In this document: positions 10,969 through 18,020 of the stretch, in pieces
How the letters are laid out: every line of letters begins with the position of its first letter
Numbering within the stretch: position 1 is the stretch's first letter
Assembly (NCBI GenBank): GCA_018714385.1
Contig: DVNL01000002.1
Coordinates: 27,619 to 91,618 of the forward strand
DNA length: 64,000 bases
Origin: Candidatus Enterosoma merdigallinarum
Lineage (GTDB): Bacteria; Bacillota_I; Bacilli_A; RFN20; CAG-288
Direction: 5' to 3'
Position numbers and translations under genes: made by a program
Notes under the pieces: model-generated
What the model was told of the DNA's origin: nothing
Databases searched by the model: none
What the model saw: only the letters and a program-made list of their open reading frames with translations

Positions 10969-11335
10969 TAATGGTAATTCATGTCTGATACTCCGAAAGG
11001 GGTGTGCAGACATTTTTTCTTTTATACGATATATCGCAGTTTTTCTGATTTTTCACTGTGTAAGTGTATAGCCAATTTGCCGTATAATAGTTAAATTTTT
11101 GAGATACTCTTACACGCTTTGAAACTCTTACACGGTACTTTGCACACCTCTGTAAAATTAACATCATTTTAGCTTTTTAGCCCATTCTTATTGAAGATTG
11201 ATTCTTTAGTAGGGATGGGCTTTTTTATGCCCGAAAATATTTTTTAACTTTTTTTCAAAAACCGCCTTCGCAAATTGGCCTCCAAATCTCCATATGGTGA
11301 GAAGGGCAGTGCGTTCGCTCTTCTCTAGAAACTAT
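10969..11335 (+). repeat. copy A of a ~370-bp imperfect direct repeat, starting right after tRNA-Ser
   Basis: Aligns by eye with 12944-13313 at roughly 85-90 percent identity with a few small indels. Contains a terminator hairpin, the palindrome CGATATATCG, two ACTCTTACACG 11-mers (11106-11116 and 11124-11134), and a second hairpin plus T-run (11179-11227). Confidence 0.85.
10981..11019 (+). terminator. Rho-independent terminator after tRNA-Ser, inside repeat copy A
   Basis: Outer stem ATGTCTG/CAGACAT and inner stem ACTCC/GGGGT with a GAAA loop, followed by TTTTTT. Confidence 0.6.
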
Positions 11336-11374
11336 GGTAATGTTGTTAATGTTAATATAAAAAAGTACAAATTG

Positions 11375-11406
11375 GCTAATATAAGAATGCACATTCTTAT
11401 ATTAGC
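11375..11406. repeat. 32-bp near-perfect palindrome
   Basis: GCTAATATAAGAATG-CA-CATTCTTATATTAGC, with 15-bp perfect arms. About 315 bp upstream of the ATPase gene. Confidence 0.8.
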
Positions 11407-11719
11407 ACTAACATTTAGGAAGTCTCCTTATTTATTTTAACTATTATTAATATATTATATTCTCATCTAATGTACCACTTAATATGTGGGGATGTAAAAG
11501 TGCGTTCAGTTATTCCAAAACGAGCACTATGATCGGGGCAAAATCAACCACTAAGAGAATTGTTTTTTCTACTGATTGCTTATGAATATTTTATGCACGA
11601 CACTTACGGCACGAAAACTGTAAAAACTTATCAATTTTTGGAAGTTCTTACGCCATATCGTAAAAACTATTTATTTTTACTGGCTTTGGGCATATAATTT
11701 AACCAAAGGGGAAAGCAAC

Positions 11720-12925
11720 ATGATATATAGAACAGAGTATATGCAACGCTTGAAGGCGTTTAAAGACAACAAAATCATCAAAGTCGTTACGGGGTTGCGT
11801 CGTTCGGGAAAATCGACGCTGCTTGAAATGTTTCGCGACGAACTCCTGCAAAGCGGCGTTCAACCAGAGCAGATACAGTACATCAATTTTGAACTTATGA
11901 AGTACGATGCTGTGCGCAACTATAAGCAGCTCTATAATGTGGTTACGGAAAAGGCTTTGCCGGACAAAAAGAATTATCTGTTTTTCGACGAGATACAGCA
12001 GGTGAGCGGTTGGGAAAAAACTGTTAATTCTCTTTCGCTCGAATACGATGCGGATATATATGTTACGGGCTCTAATGCGTATCTGCTCTCATCAGAGTTG
12101 GCGACCTTAATATCCGGCAGATATGTGGAGATCAAAATGTTACCATTGTCTTTTAAAGAGTACTACGGCTATTACCGTGACTCAGGAAAGAGCCGAGAAG
12201 AGCTTTTCAATAACTATCTAAAATATGGTGGCTTGCCGCAACTTTTATCTTTGCCACAGGACGAACAGACGATAGGGACGTTCTTGTCCAGCATTTACGA
12301 TACGGTGATTCTGAAAGACGTGCTCGGTCGAAATAAGCTTAGAGATATTGATCTATTGAAACGTGTGTACGCCTTTGTATGCGGAAATGTAGGCAGTATC
12401 ACTTCGACAAATAGCATGGCGAAATATATTGCAAATGAGGCAAAGCTCGACACGAACGTGCGTCCTGCTACAATTGGTAATATCCTTGAAATGCTTGAAA
12501 ATGCGTTCATCATTTACCGTGCCGATCGCTATGACGTCAAGGGCAAAGAGGTCTTAAAGTCACTTGAAAAGTATTATCTTGCCGATACGGGTTTGAAAAA
12601 CATTATTGTTGGATATAATCTTGAAAATTACGGTCATTCGATAGAAAACGTTGTGTATCTGGAACTTCTTCGCCGTGGCTATCGGGTTTATGTCGGTAAA
12701 AACGCCGCCAAAGAGATAGATTTTGTTGCAATAAATAAAGAGGAAACACGTTATTTTCAAGTTACCGAATCGCTTGCTGATAAAGCTACGCAGGAACGAG
12801 AAATAGCCCCGTTCCGCTCTACGCACGATTTCTATGAAAAGACGATCATCACCACGGACAAGACGTATATTACCAACGTAAACGGTATAAAAATTGTCAA
12901 TCTTATAGACTTTTTGTTATCGTAG
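11720..12925 (+). CDS. AAA+ ATPase of the AAA_14/DUF4143 (COG1373-like) type
   Basis: 401 aa. Walker A GLRRSGKST, Walker B YLFFDEIQ, and a C-terminal module ENVVYLELLRRGYRVYVGKNAAKEIDFVA typical of the DUF4143 nuclease-like fold. RBS GGGGAAAG upstream. Confidence 0.8.
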   Translation: MIYRTEYMQRLKAFKDNKIIKVVTGLRRSGKSTLLEMFRDELLQSGVQPEQIQYINFELMKYDAVRNYKQLYNVVTEKALPDKKNYLFFDEIQQVSGWEKTVNSLSLEYDADIYVTGSNAYLLSSELATLISGRYVEIKMLPLSFKEYYGYYRDSGKSREELFNNYLKYGGLPQLLSLPQDEQTIGTFLSSIYDTVILKDVLGRNKLRDIDLLKRVYAFVCGNVGSITSTNSMAKYIANEAKLDTNVRPATIGNILEMLENAFIIYRADRYDVKGKEVLKSLEKYYLADTGLKNIIVGYNLENYGHSIENVVYLELLRRGYRVYVGKNAAKEIDFVAINKEETRYFQVTESLADKATQEREIAPFRSTHDFYEKTIITTDKTYITNVNGIKIVNLIDFLLS

Positions 12926-12943
12926 TGGCGTACAATTTTCTCA

Positions 12944-13313
12944 TGATGGCAATTCATGTCTGATACTCCGAAAGGGGTGTGCAGACATTTTTTCTTTTAT
13001 ACGATATATCGCAGTCTTTCGGTTTTTACGCCGTGCAAGTGTATAGCAAATTTGCCGTGTGATAGTTAAATTTTTGAGATACTCTTACACGATGGGTGTG
13101 CACTCTTACACGGTACTTTGCACACCCCTAGAAATTTAACATCATTTTAGCATTTCAGCCCATTCTTATTGAAGATTGATTCTTTAGTAGGGATGGGCTT
13201 TTTTTATTTGCCTCAAAAATATTTTTAAACTTTTTCAAAATCCACCTTCGCAAAACGCCTTCCAAATCTCCATATGGTGAGAAGGGTAGTGTTTGCTCTT
13301 CTCTAGAAACTAT
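12944..13313 (+). repeat. copy B of the ~370-bp imperfect direct repeat
   Basis: Collinear with 10969-11335. ACTCTTACACG 11-mers at 13081-13091 and 13102-13112. Ends exactly at the AAGGAGG RBS of the small ORF at 13329. Confidence 0.85.
12956..12994 (+). terminator. Rho-independent terminator after the ATPase gene, inside repeat copy B
   Basis: The same hairpin sequence as 10981-11013, followed by a T-run. Confidence 0.6.
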
Positions 13314-13328
13314 AAGGAGGAAAAAGTT

Positions 13329-13427
13329 ATGAAACACAAATTAAGAATCGGCGTTTCTAACGTATCTCCAAAGAGCAGGGTAGTTACCTACAAGAAAGTA
13401 CACCAGAAACAAAAGTCAAAGATGTGA
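13329..13427 (+). CDS. 32-codon ORF with a consensus RBS, possibly the 5' remnant of a disrupted small gene
   Basis: AAGGAGG lies 8 nt before the ATG. The product is MKHKLRIGVSNVSPKSRVVTYKKVHQKQKSKM. A coding-like continuation (IGDASKVAIIVPGDSVKSATIQ...) lies in another frame. Confidence 0.25.
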   Translation: MKHKLRIGVSNVSPKSRVVTYKKVHQKQKSKM

Positions 13428-13629
13428 TCGGTGATGCAAGCAAGGTAGCCATCATTGTTCCTGGGGATTCAGTTAAAAGCGCCACGATCCAAAATATAAT
13501 ACTGGTAATTATATAAGATAATGGAGAAGGTAGTGGAGTAGTCGATGGAATGGATTGTTTATATAGATGAATCATTTTACTTCTAAAATTTATTCGTACT
13601 AAAAATGTGATTTAATATACATTTTTCAT

Positions 13630-13971
13630 ATGAAATTAGTGATATATCTTGGCATTTATGTATTTATAATGCGTGGTATGATGGCAGAAAACTTTGTGGC
13701 GGAGCAACTTGTGGCAAATGGATTTTCTCTATATTATTGGACTTCTGGAAATTCTGCAGAAATTGGCTTTGTAATTCAGCAAGACAGCTACTCTATTCTA
13801 ATAGAAGTTAAATCTTCTGATAACGTAAAAGCAAAAAGTTTACAAACATACATAAAAAAATATTCTCCTAAATACTCTATTCGCATATCAGCTAAAAATT
13901 TTGGCAATGAAAACGGAATTAGATCTATTCCACTTTATGCAATATTCTGCTTAAAACCTGAAATAGAATAA
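13630..13971 (+). pseudogene. C-terminal fragment of a second DUF4143 ATPase, 5'-truncated
   Basis: The 113-aa ORF matches only the C-terminal module (AENFVAEQLVANGFSLYYWTSGNSAEIGFVI...LIEVKSS...IPLYA). No Walker motifs or N-terminal half lie upstream. Confidence 0.65.
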
Positions 13972-13972
13972 A

Positions 13973-14172
13973 ATGTCTAATTTTTCACTAAAAAGCTTTC
14001 ACTTTTATACATTAAAACCAGAACCATACAAAGTTATGGGAGAAGGCCATAAATCAGTCGAAATGCGTTTAAATGATGAAAAACGAAAATAAAACGACAA
14101 TTATTAAAGGTTGATGATTTTATCATTTTTACAAATAGGGAAGATAAAAATAAATCACTATTAAAGACTTGA
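13973..14172 (+). pseudogene. ASCH-domain gene remnant, frameshifted and truncated
   Basis: MSNFSLKSFHFYTLKPEPYKVMGEGHKSVEMRLNDEKRK stops at 14090. Another frame continues as LLKVDDFIIFTNREDKNKSLLKT. Together they resemble the ASCH N-terminal pattern (G.K..E.RL.DEKR..I.VGD.I.F.N). The break sits in an A-rich tract. Confidence 0.4.
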
Positions 14173-14421
14173 AACAATATCCTAGTTTAGACTTATATTT
14201 TCTCAAAATTTGTAACAATAAAAGATAGTTTTAGCTAGAGTGTTGTAATTTAGCTTCAGCAGAGAAAAAATGTAAGAAGCGAATAGCCAAATCGCTATGT
14301 CATTACTAAATTGCCACTATCTTTTTTATTGTTGTTGTGCCATTTTTTGAAGAAAGTGATCACGGTGTCTGGGAGGGGCATAGTTATAAGAAAACGTTAA
14401 AAATAGATGGACTTGAAATTG

Positions 14422-14862
14422 TTATTTATGCGCCAATTCATAAAGCTTTTTAATCTCTTTCGGCCTATATGAATCGATATTGTTCTCAAGTTCTGCAGTC
14501 GATCCCAGTTCCTTGGCTTTCGTATAGTACCATTCCTTGTATTCGAGCATCTGGAGGGCTTTCTTGAGCACTTTGATTTGATTCAATGTCTTTTCTTTTT
14601 GTTCTTTAAAGAAATTAAACCTTTCATCGATAGTAGAATCGCCTTGCTTGACCATCATGATAAAACGTTTTATGTCCTTCAGCTCGACGTTTGTCTTCTT
14701 GAGGCATTCGATTATGAATATGGTTTCCACGTCCTGCTCACTGAATTTTCTTATTCCGTTCTCTCGTTTGATGTCGGGAAGCAAACCTTCCTTGTCATAA
14801 TAACGGATAGTGGATATTGAGATGTCAAATCTTTTAGAAATCTCACCGATCGTATATGTCAT
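14422..14862 (-). CDS. MerR-family transcriptional regulator
   Basis: 146 aa. N-terminal MerR HTH YTIGEISKRFDISISTIRYYDKEGLL followed by a coiled-coil. No C-terminal metal-binding cysteines. Confidence 0.88.
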   Translation of the reverse strand: MTYTIGEISKRFDISISTIRYYDKEGLLPDIKRENGIRKFSEQDVETIFIIECLKKTNVELKDIKRFIMMVKQGDSTIDERFNFFKEQKEKTLNQIKVLKKALQMLEYKEWYYTKAKELGSTAELENNIDSYRPKEIKKLYELAHK

Positions 14863-14886
14863 TTCAAATTTTCTCCTTTTTATGTA

Positions 14887-14917
14887 TTGACCTAAAGTTA
14901 GGTTTAGGGTTTATAAA
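14887..14917 (+). promoter_or_regulatory. MerR-type promoter with a 19-bp spacer and embedded inverted repeat
   Basis: TTGACC (14887-14892), a 19-nt spacer holding ACCTAA-AG-TTAGGT and CCTAAA-N6-TTTAGG, then TATAAA (14912-14917). It faces the hydrolase cluster and is divergent from merR. Confidence 0.6.
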
Positions 14918-14957
14918 TACATTAGCACACCAAGTGGCTGGAAAGTGAGGAAAAATT

Positions 14958-15950
14958 ATGAACAAGAATATTGTTTTGGAACAAAATTGGGACAAGACCT
15001 TCAAATTGGATGAGAATGTAAACCATGAGAAGGTCGTATTCCACAACAGATTCGGTATCGATTTGGTCGGTGATTTATATTTACCAAAGAACATTAAAGA
15101 CGACAAGTTGCCTGCGATTGCGGTGTGCGGCCCTTTCGGTGCGGTAAAAGAGCAGGCCAGCGGACTATATGCGATGGAGATGGCAAAAAGAGGATTCATC
15201 ACCTTTGCATTCGATCCTTCATTTACTGGGGAAAGCGGTGGTAATCCTCGTTATAACGCTTCTCCTGACATAAATACGGAAGACTTTCAAGCGGCAGTCG
15301 ATTTTCTTTCGACATATAAGAAAGCAGATCCTGATCGTATCGGAATCCTCGGCATATGCGGTTGGGGAGGATTGGCTCTGAATACTGCAAGCATCGACAC
15401 AAGAGTAAAAGCGACGATCGTCTCTACGATGTATGACATGAGCAGGATTGCCGCAAAAGGGTATTTTGATCAAAACGACAGCGAGGTAGAGCGTCATAAA
15501 ATAAGAGACACTTATAGTAATCTAAGAACAAAAATCTATGGAAGCGGTGATTATGGTAGGGTTGGCGGCTGCCTTCCTTTGCCGGTGTCTGACGATGTTC
15601 CTTTTTATGTCAAAGACTATAGTGAATATTACAAAGGACGTGCTTATCATCCTCGTTCGCTTAATTCTACGGACGGTTGGAATCTTATCGGAACGATGTC
15701 TTTCTTGAATGCCCCTATTCTTCAATACACGAATGAAATACGCTCGGCTGTCTTAATTATTCATGGCGAAAAAGCCCATTCCTGCTATATGGGAAAAGAG
15801 GCCTATGAGAACATGATGAAGGGGAATCCGAATCCAGAAAATAAAGAGTTGCTGATCATTCCGGGAGCGGTTCATACGGACCTTTACGACAACCTGGACG
15901 TCATACCTTTCGACAAGATCGAGAGCTTCCTTGGAACACATTTGAAGTAG
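14958..15950 (+). CDS. alpha/beta-fold hydrolase with a Cys in the nucleophile elbow
   Basis: 330 aa. The nucleophile-elbow motif reads GICGWGG (G-x-C-x-G) where GxSxG is expected. A C-terminal HGEKAH...PGAVHTDLYD fits the acid/His part of a triad. Confidence 0.75.
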   Translation: MNKNIVLEQNWDKTFKLDENVNHEKVVFHNRFGIDLVGDLYLPKNIKDDKLPAIAVCGPFGAVKEQASGLYAMEMAKRGFITFAFDPSFTGESGGNPRYNASPDINTEDFQAAVDFLSTYKKADPDRIGILGICGWGGLALNTASIDTRVKATIVSTMYDMSRIAAKGYFDQNDSEVERHKIRDTYSNLRTKIYGSGDYGRVGGCLPLPVSDDVPFYVKDYSEYYKGRAYHPRSLNSTDGWNLIGTMSFLNAPILQYTNEIRSAVLIIHGEKAHSCYMGKEAYENMMKGNPNPENKELLIIPGAVHTDLYDNLDVIPFDKIESFLGTHLK

Positions 15951-15968
15951 GGAGGAGAGGAACAGGAA

Positions 15969-16640
15969 ATGAACAAACCATATATCGTTTGTCATATGAT
16001 GATGTCACTTGACGGACGTATCGATTGCCAGATGACATCAAAACTGCGCGGAACAAAGGAATATTATGAGACGTTAAGCGAGTTAAACGTTCCGACGACC
16101 CTAAGCGGCAGGGTGACCGCAGAACTGGAGATGGCGCTTCCTGGCAAGTTTAGTTCAAAGGACCATACGACTTTTGGCAAGGAAGGCTTTTCCAAAAAGC
16201 AGGACGCTACCGGGTATGAGGTCGTCGTCGATACGCATGGCACACTTTTATGGGACAAACAGGAAGGCGAGAAGCCGTTGCTTGTCATCACGAGTGAACA
16301 GGTATCACAAGAATACCTCCATTATTTGGATGAACAAAATATCTCGTGGATTGCGGTAGGAAAAAACAAAATCGATTTGCCAAAGGCTACGGACATCTTA
16401 AGGAATGAATTTGAAGTTGAACGCATGGCTGTTGTAGGGGGCTCTGCCATAAACACGAGCTTTCTGGATTTGGGTCTCCTGGATGAAATCAGTATCTTGA
16501 TCGGTCCAGGTGTCGACGGAAGAAAAGGGATGCCGACCGTATTTGATAATATGTCGACAAGCCGAGAAGTCATCCACTTGGAATTGAAGGACGTCAAAAA
16601 ATACGAAGATGGCGCAGTGTGGCTTAGATATGTTTTATGA
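15969..16640 (+). CDS. RibD C-terminal / dihydrofolate-reductase-like family protein
   Basis: 223 aa. The N-terminal MSLDGRI motif and overall pattern are typical of RibD_C reductases. Confidence 0.7.
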   Translation: MNKPYIVCHMMMSLDGRIDCQMTSKLRGTKEYYETLSELNVPTTLSGRVTAELEMALPGKFSSKDHTTFGKEGFSKKQDATGYEVVVDTHGTLLWDKQEGEKPLLVITSEQVSQEYLHYLDEQNISWIAVGKNKIDLPKATDILRNEFEVERMAVVGGSAINTSFLDLGLLDEISILIGPGVDGRKGMPTVFDNMSTSREVIHLELKDVKKYEDGAVWLRYVL

Positions 16641-16653
16641 GGAATGATGCAAC

Positions 16654-17154
16654 ATGAAAATTAAACTTTTGATATTGCCAATGTTTTTGCTTACGGCATG
16701 TTTGAGTTCTTGCAATAGCGCTCGACCAGCTACTAATGAAACCGGAAGTTCAACAAACGACAATCAAGACAGCGAAAACGAAACAGGCGGAGATGAAATC
16801 GAGATGAAACTAAAACTTAGAATTAAAGATTATGAATTCGATGTGACGCTAGAAGAAAACGATGCCACGTACGAACTTGTCGAAATGGCAAGAAACGAAC
16901 CGATAACAATCAATTTCGAGGATTATGGTGGCTTTGAGAAAGTCGGACCTTTAGGAAGAAGCCTGACGACTGATAATACTCGTATCACGACAAAGGCTGG
17001 TGATATCGTTCTTTATCAAGGAAACCAAATCGTGATGTTCTATGGCTCCAACACCTGGAGCTACACGATGCTTGGGCATGTCGACGATCTGGCTTATTGG
17101 GAAGAGGCGTTGGGTGATGGCGACGTCGCAGCAACCTTTACTTTGTTGGAGTGA
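16654..17154 (+). CDS. cyclophilin-like-fold lipoprotein
   Basis: 166 aa. Lipobox LLTAC, an S/T/N/D-rich linker, then GDIVLYQGNQIVMFYGSNTWSYTMLG, characteristic of cyclophilin-like domain proteins that accompany flavodoxins. Confidence 0.6.
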   Translation: MKIKLLILPMFLLTACLSSCNSARPATNETGSSTNDNQDSENETGGDEIEMKLKLRIKDYEFDVTLEENDATYELVEMARNEPITINFEDYGGFEKVGPLGRSLTTDNTRITTKAGDIVLYQGNQIVMFYGSNTWSYTMLGHVDDLAYWEEALGDGDVAATFTLLE

Positions 17155-17729
17155 AGAGGACCATGAATAGAGAAGAATATTTGAGATTGGTAAAAGAAAC
17201 GGGATATGTCGATAGCAAAGGGGAAGCGCAGCGCTTCATGGACGAGTCTTCCTATCGAGCCCAGCAAATCGTTAGCGAGATAAACAATAAGTACCATCCG
17301 CAAAGCGAAATACAGGAACTGATGAGCGAGTTGACTCAGGAAAAGGTTAGCGAGACTTTGAAGATATTCCCACCAATATATACTGATTTCGGAATGAATC
17401 TTCATCTTGGCAAGAATGTCTTCATTAACTCTGGATGTTGCTTTCAGGACCAAGGCGGAATCTACATCGGAGATAATACGCTGATAGGTCACCAAGTCGT
17501 ATTCGCGACCATAAATCATGATATGGATCCCGAGAAAAGAGGCTCAATGGAATTCAAACCGATACATATAGGGAAGAACGTGTGGATAGGGGCTCATGCG
17601 ACGATACTTCCGGGTCTCAATATCGGTGATGGCGCAATAATAGGAGCCGGAGCGGTCGTCAATAAGGACGTCCCTAATAATGCTGTAGCGGTCGGAGTTC
17701 CTGCTAGGGTTATCAAAATGATCAAATGA
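17151..17729 (+). CDS. maa: sugar (maltose/galactoside-type) O-acetyltransferase, left-handed beta-helix
   Basis: 192 aa with hexapeptide repeats (IGKNVWIGAHATILPGLNIGDGAIIGAGAVV) and a Mac-type N-terminal region. Confidence 0.8.
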   Translation: MKRTMNREEYLRLVKETGYVDSKGEAQRFMDESSYRAQQIVSEINNKYHPQSEIQELMSELTQEKVSETLKIFPPIYTDFGMNLHLGKNVFINSGCCFQDQGGIYIGDNTLIGHQVVFATINHDMDPEKRGSMEFKPIHIGKNVWIGAHATILPGLNIGDGAIIGAGAVVNKDVPNNAVAVGVPARVIKMIK

Positions 17730-17807
17730 TAAAAACATGTGTTAAAGCGGTGCAGAATGACTTGATATAACCGCCCCGAAGAGTGATGCATATACACGAG
17801 GAGGCAT

Positions 17808-18005
17808 TTGAAAATCATCTATATCGCTGCGGCATGGAACGACGATGAGGTAGTCATGAGAGCTTTGAACGCTCACTTTGATATCCTGACTTCCTACTTG
17901 GAGATGGAAGAAGTGGGGAGGGTGATGGCCAAAGGCGCCGGTTATCCGGGCATGATAGATCCCCGCTATTTAAGAGAAGTCTACGATCTGGGCAAAAGCT
18001 TATAG
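17808..18005 (+). pseudogene. probable 3' fragment of a flavodoxin-like / FMN-reductase-family gene
   Basis: A 65-aa ORF with a non-ATG start and no RBS. The sequence (AAAWNDDE...YLEMEEVGRVMAKG...EVYDLGKSL) looks like only the C-terminal third of such proteins. Confidence 0.3.
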
Positions 18006-18020
18006 AAAGGAACGTGAAAA

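Noticed and set aside
10760-11013. Minus-strand ORFs of 69 and 60 aa overlapping the tRNA genes, and the 139-aa ORF at 10234-10653.
   Set aside because: They overlap well-folded tRNAs, or the atpI-like gene in another frame. They have no RBS and no motifs.
10979-11167. ORFs of 62 aa (10979-11167, minus) and 60 aa (13155-13337, minus) inside the two 370-bp repeat copies.
   Set aside because: They fall in different parts of the repeat unit, and neither frame is open in the other copy. The repeat is therefore not protein-coding.
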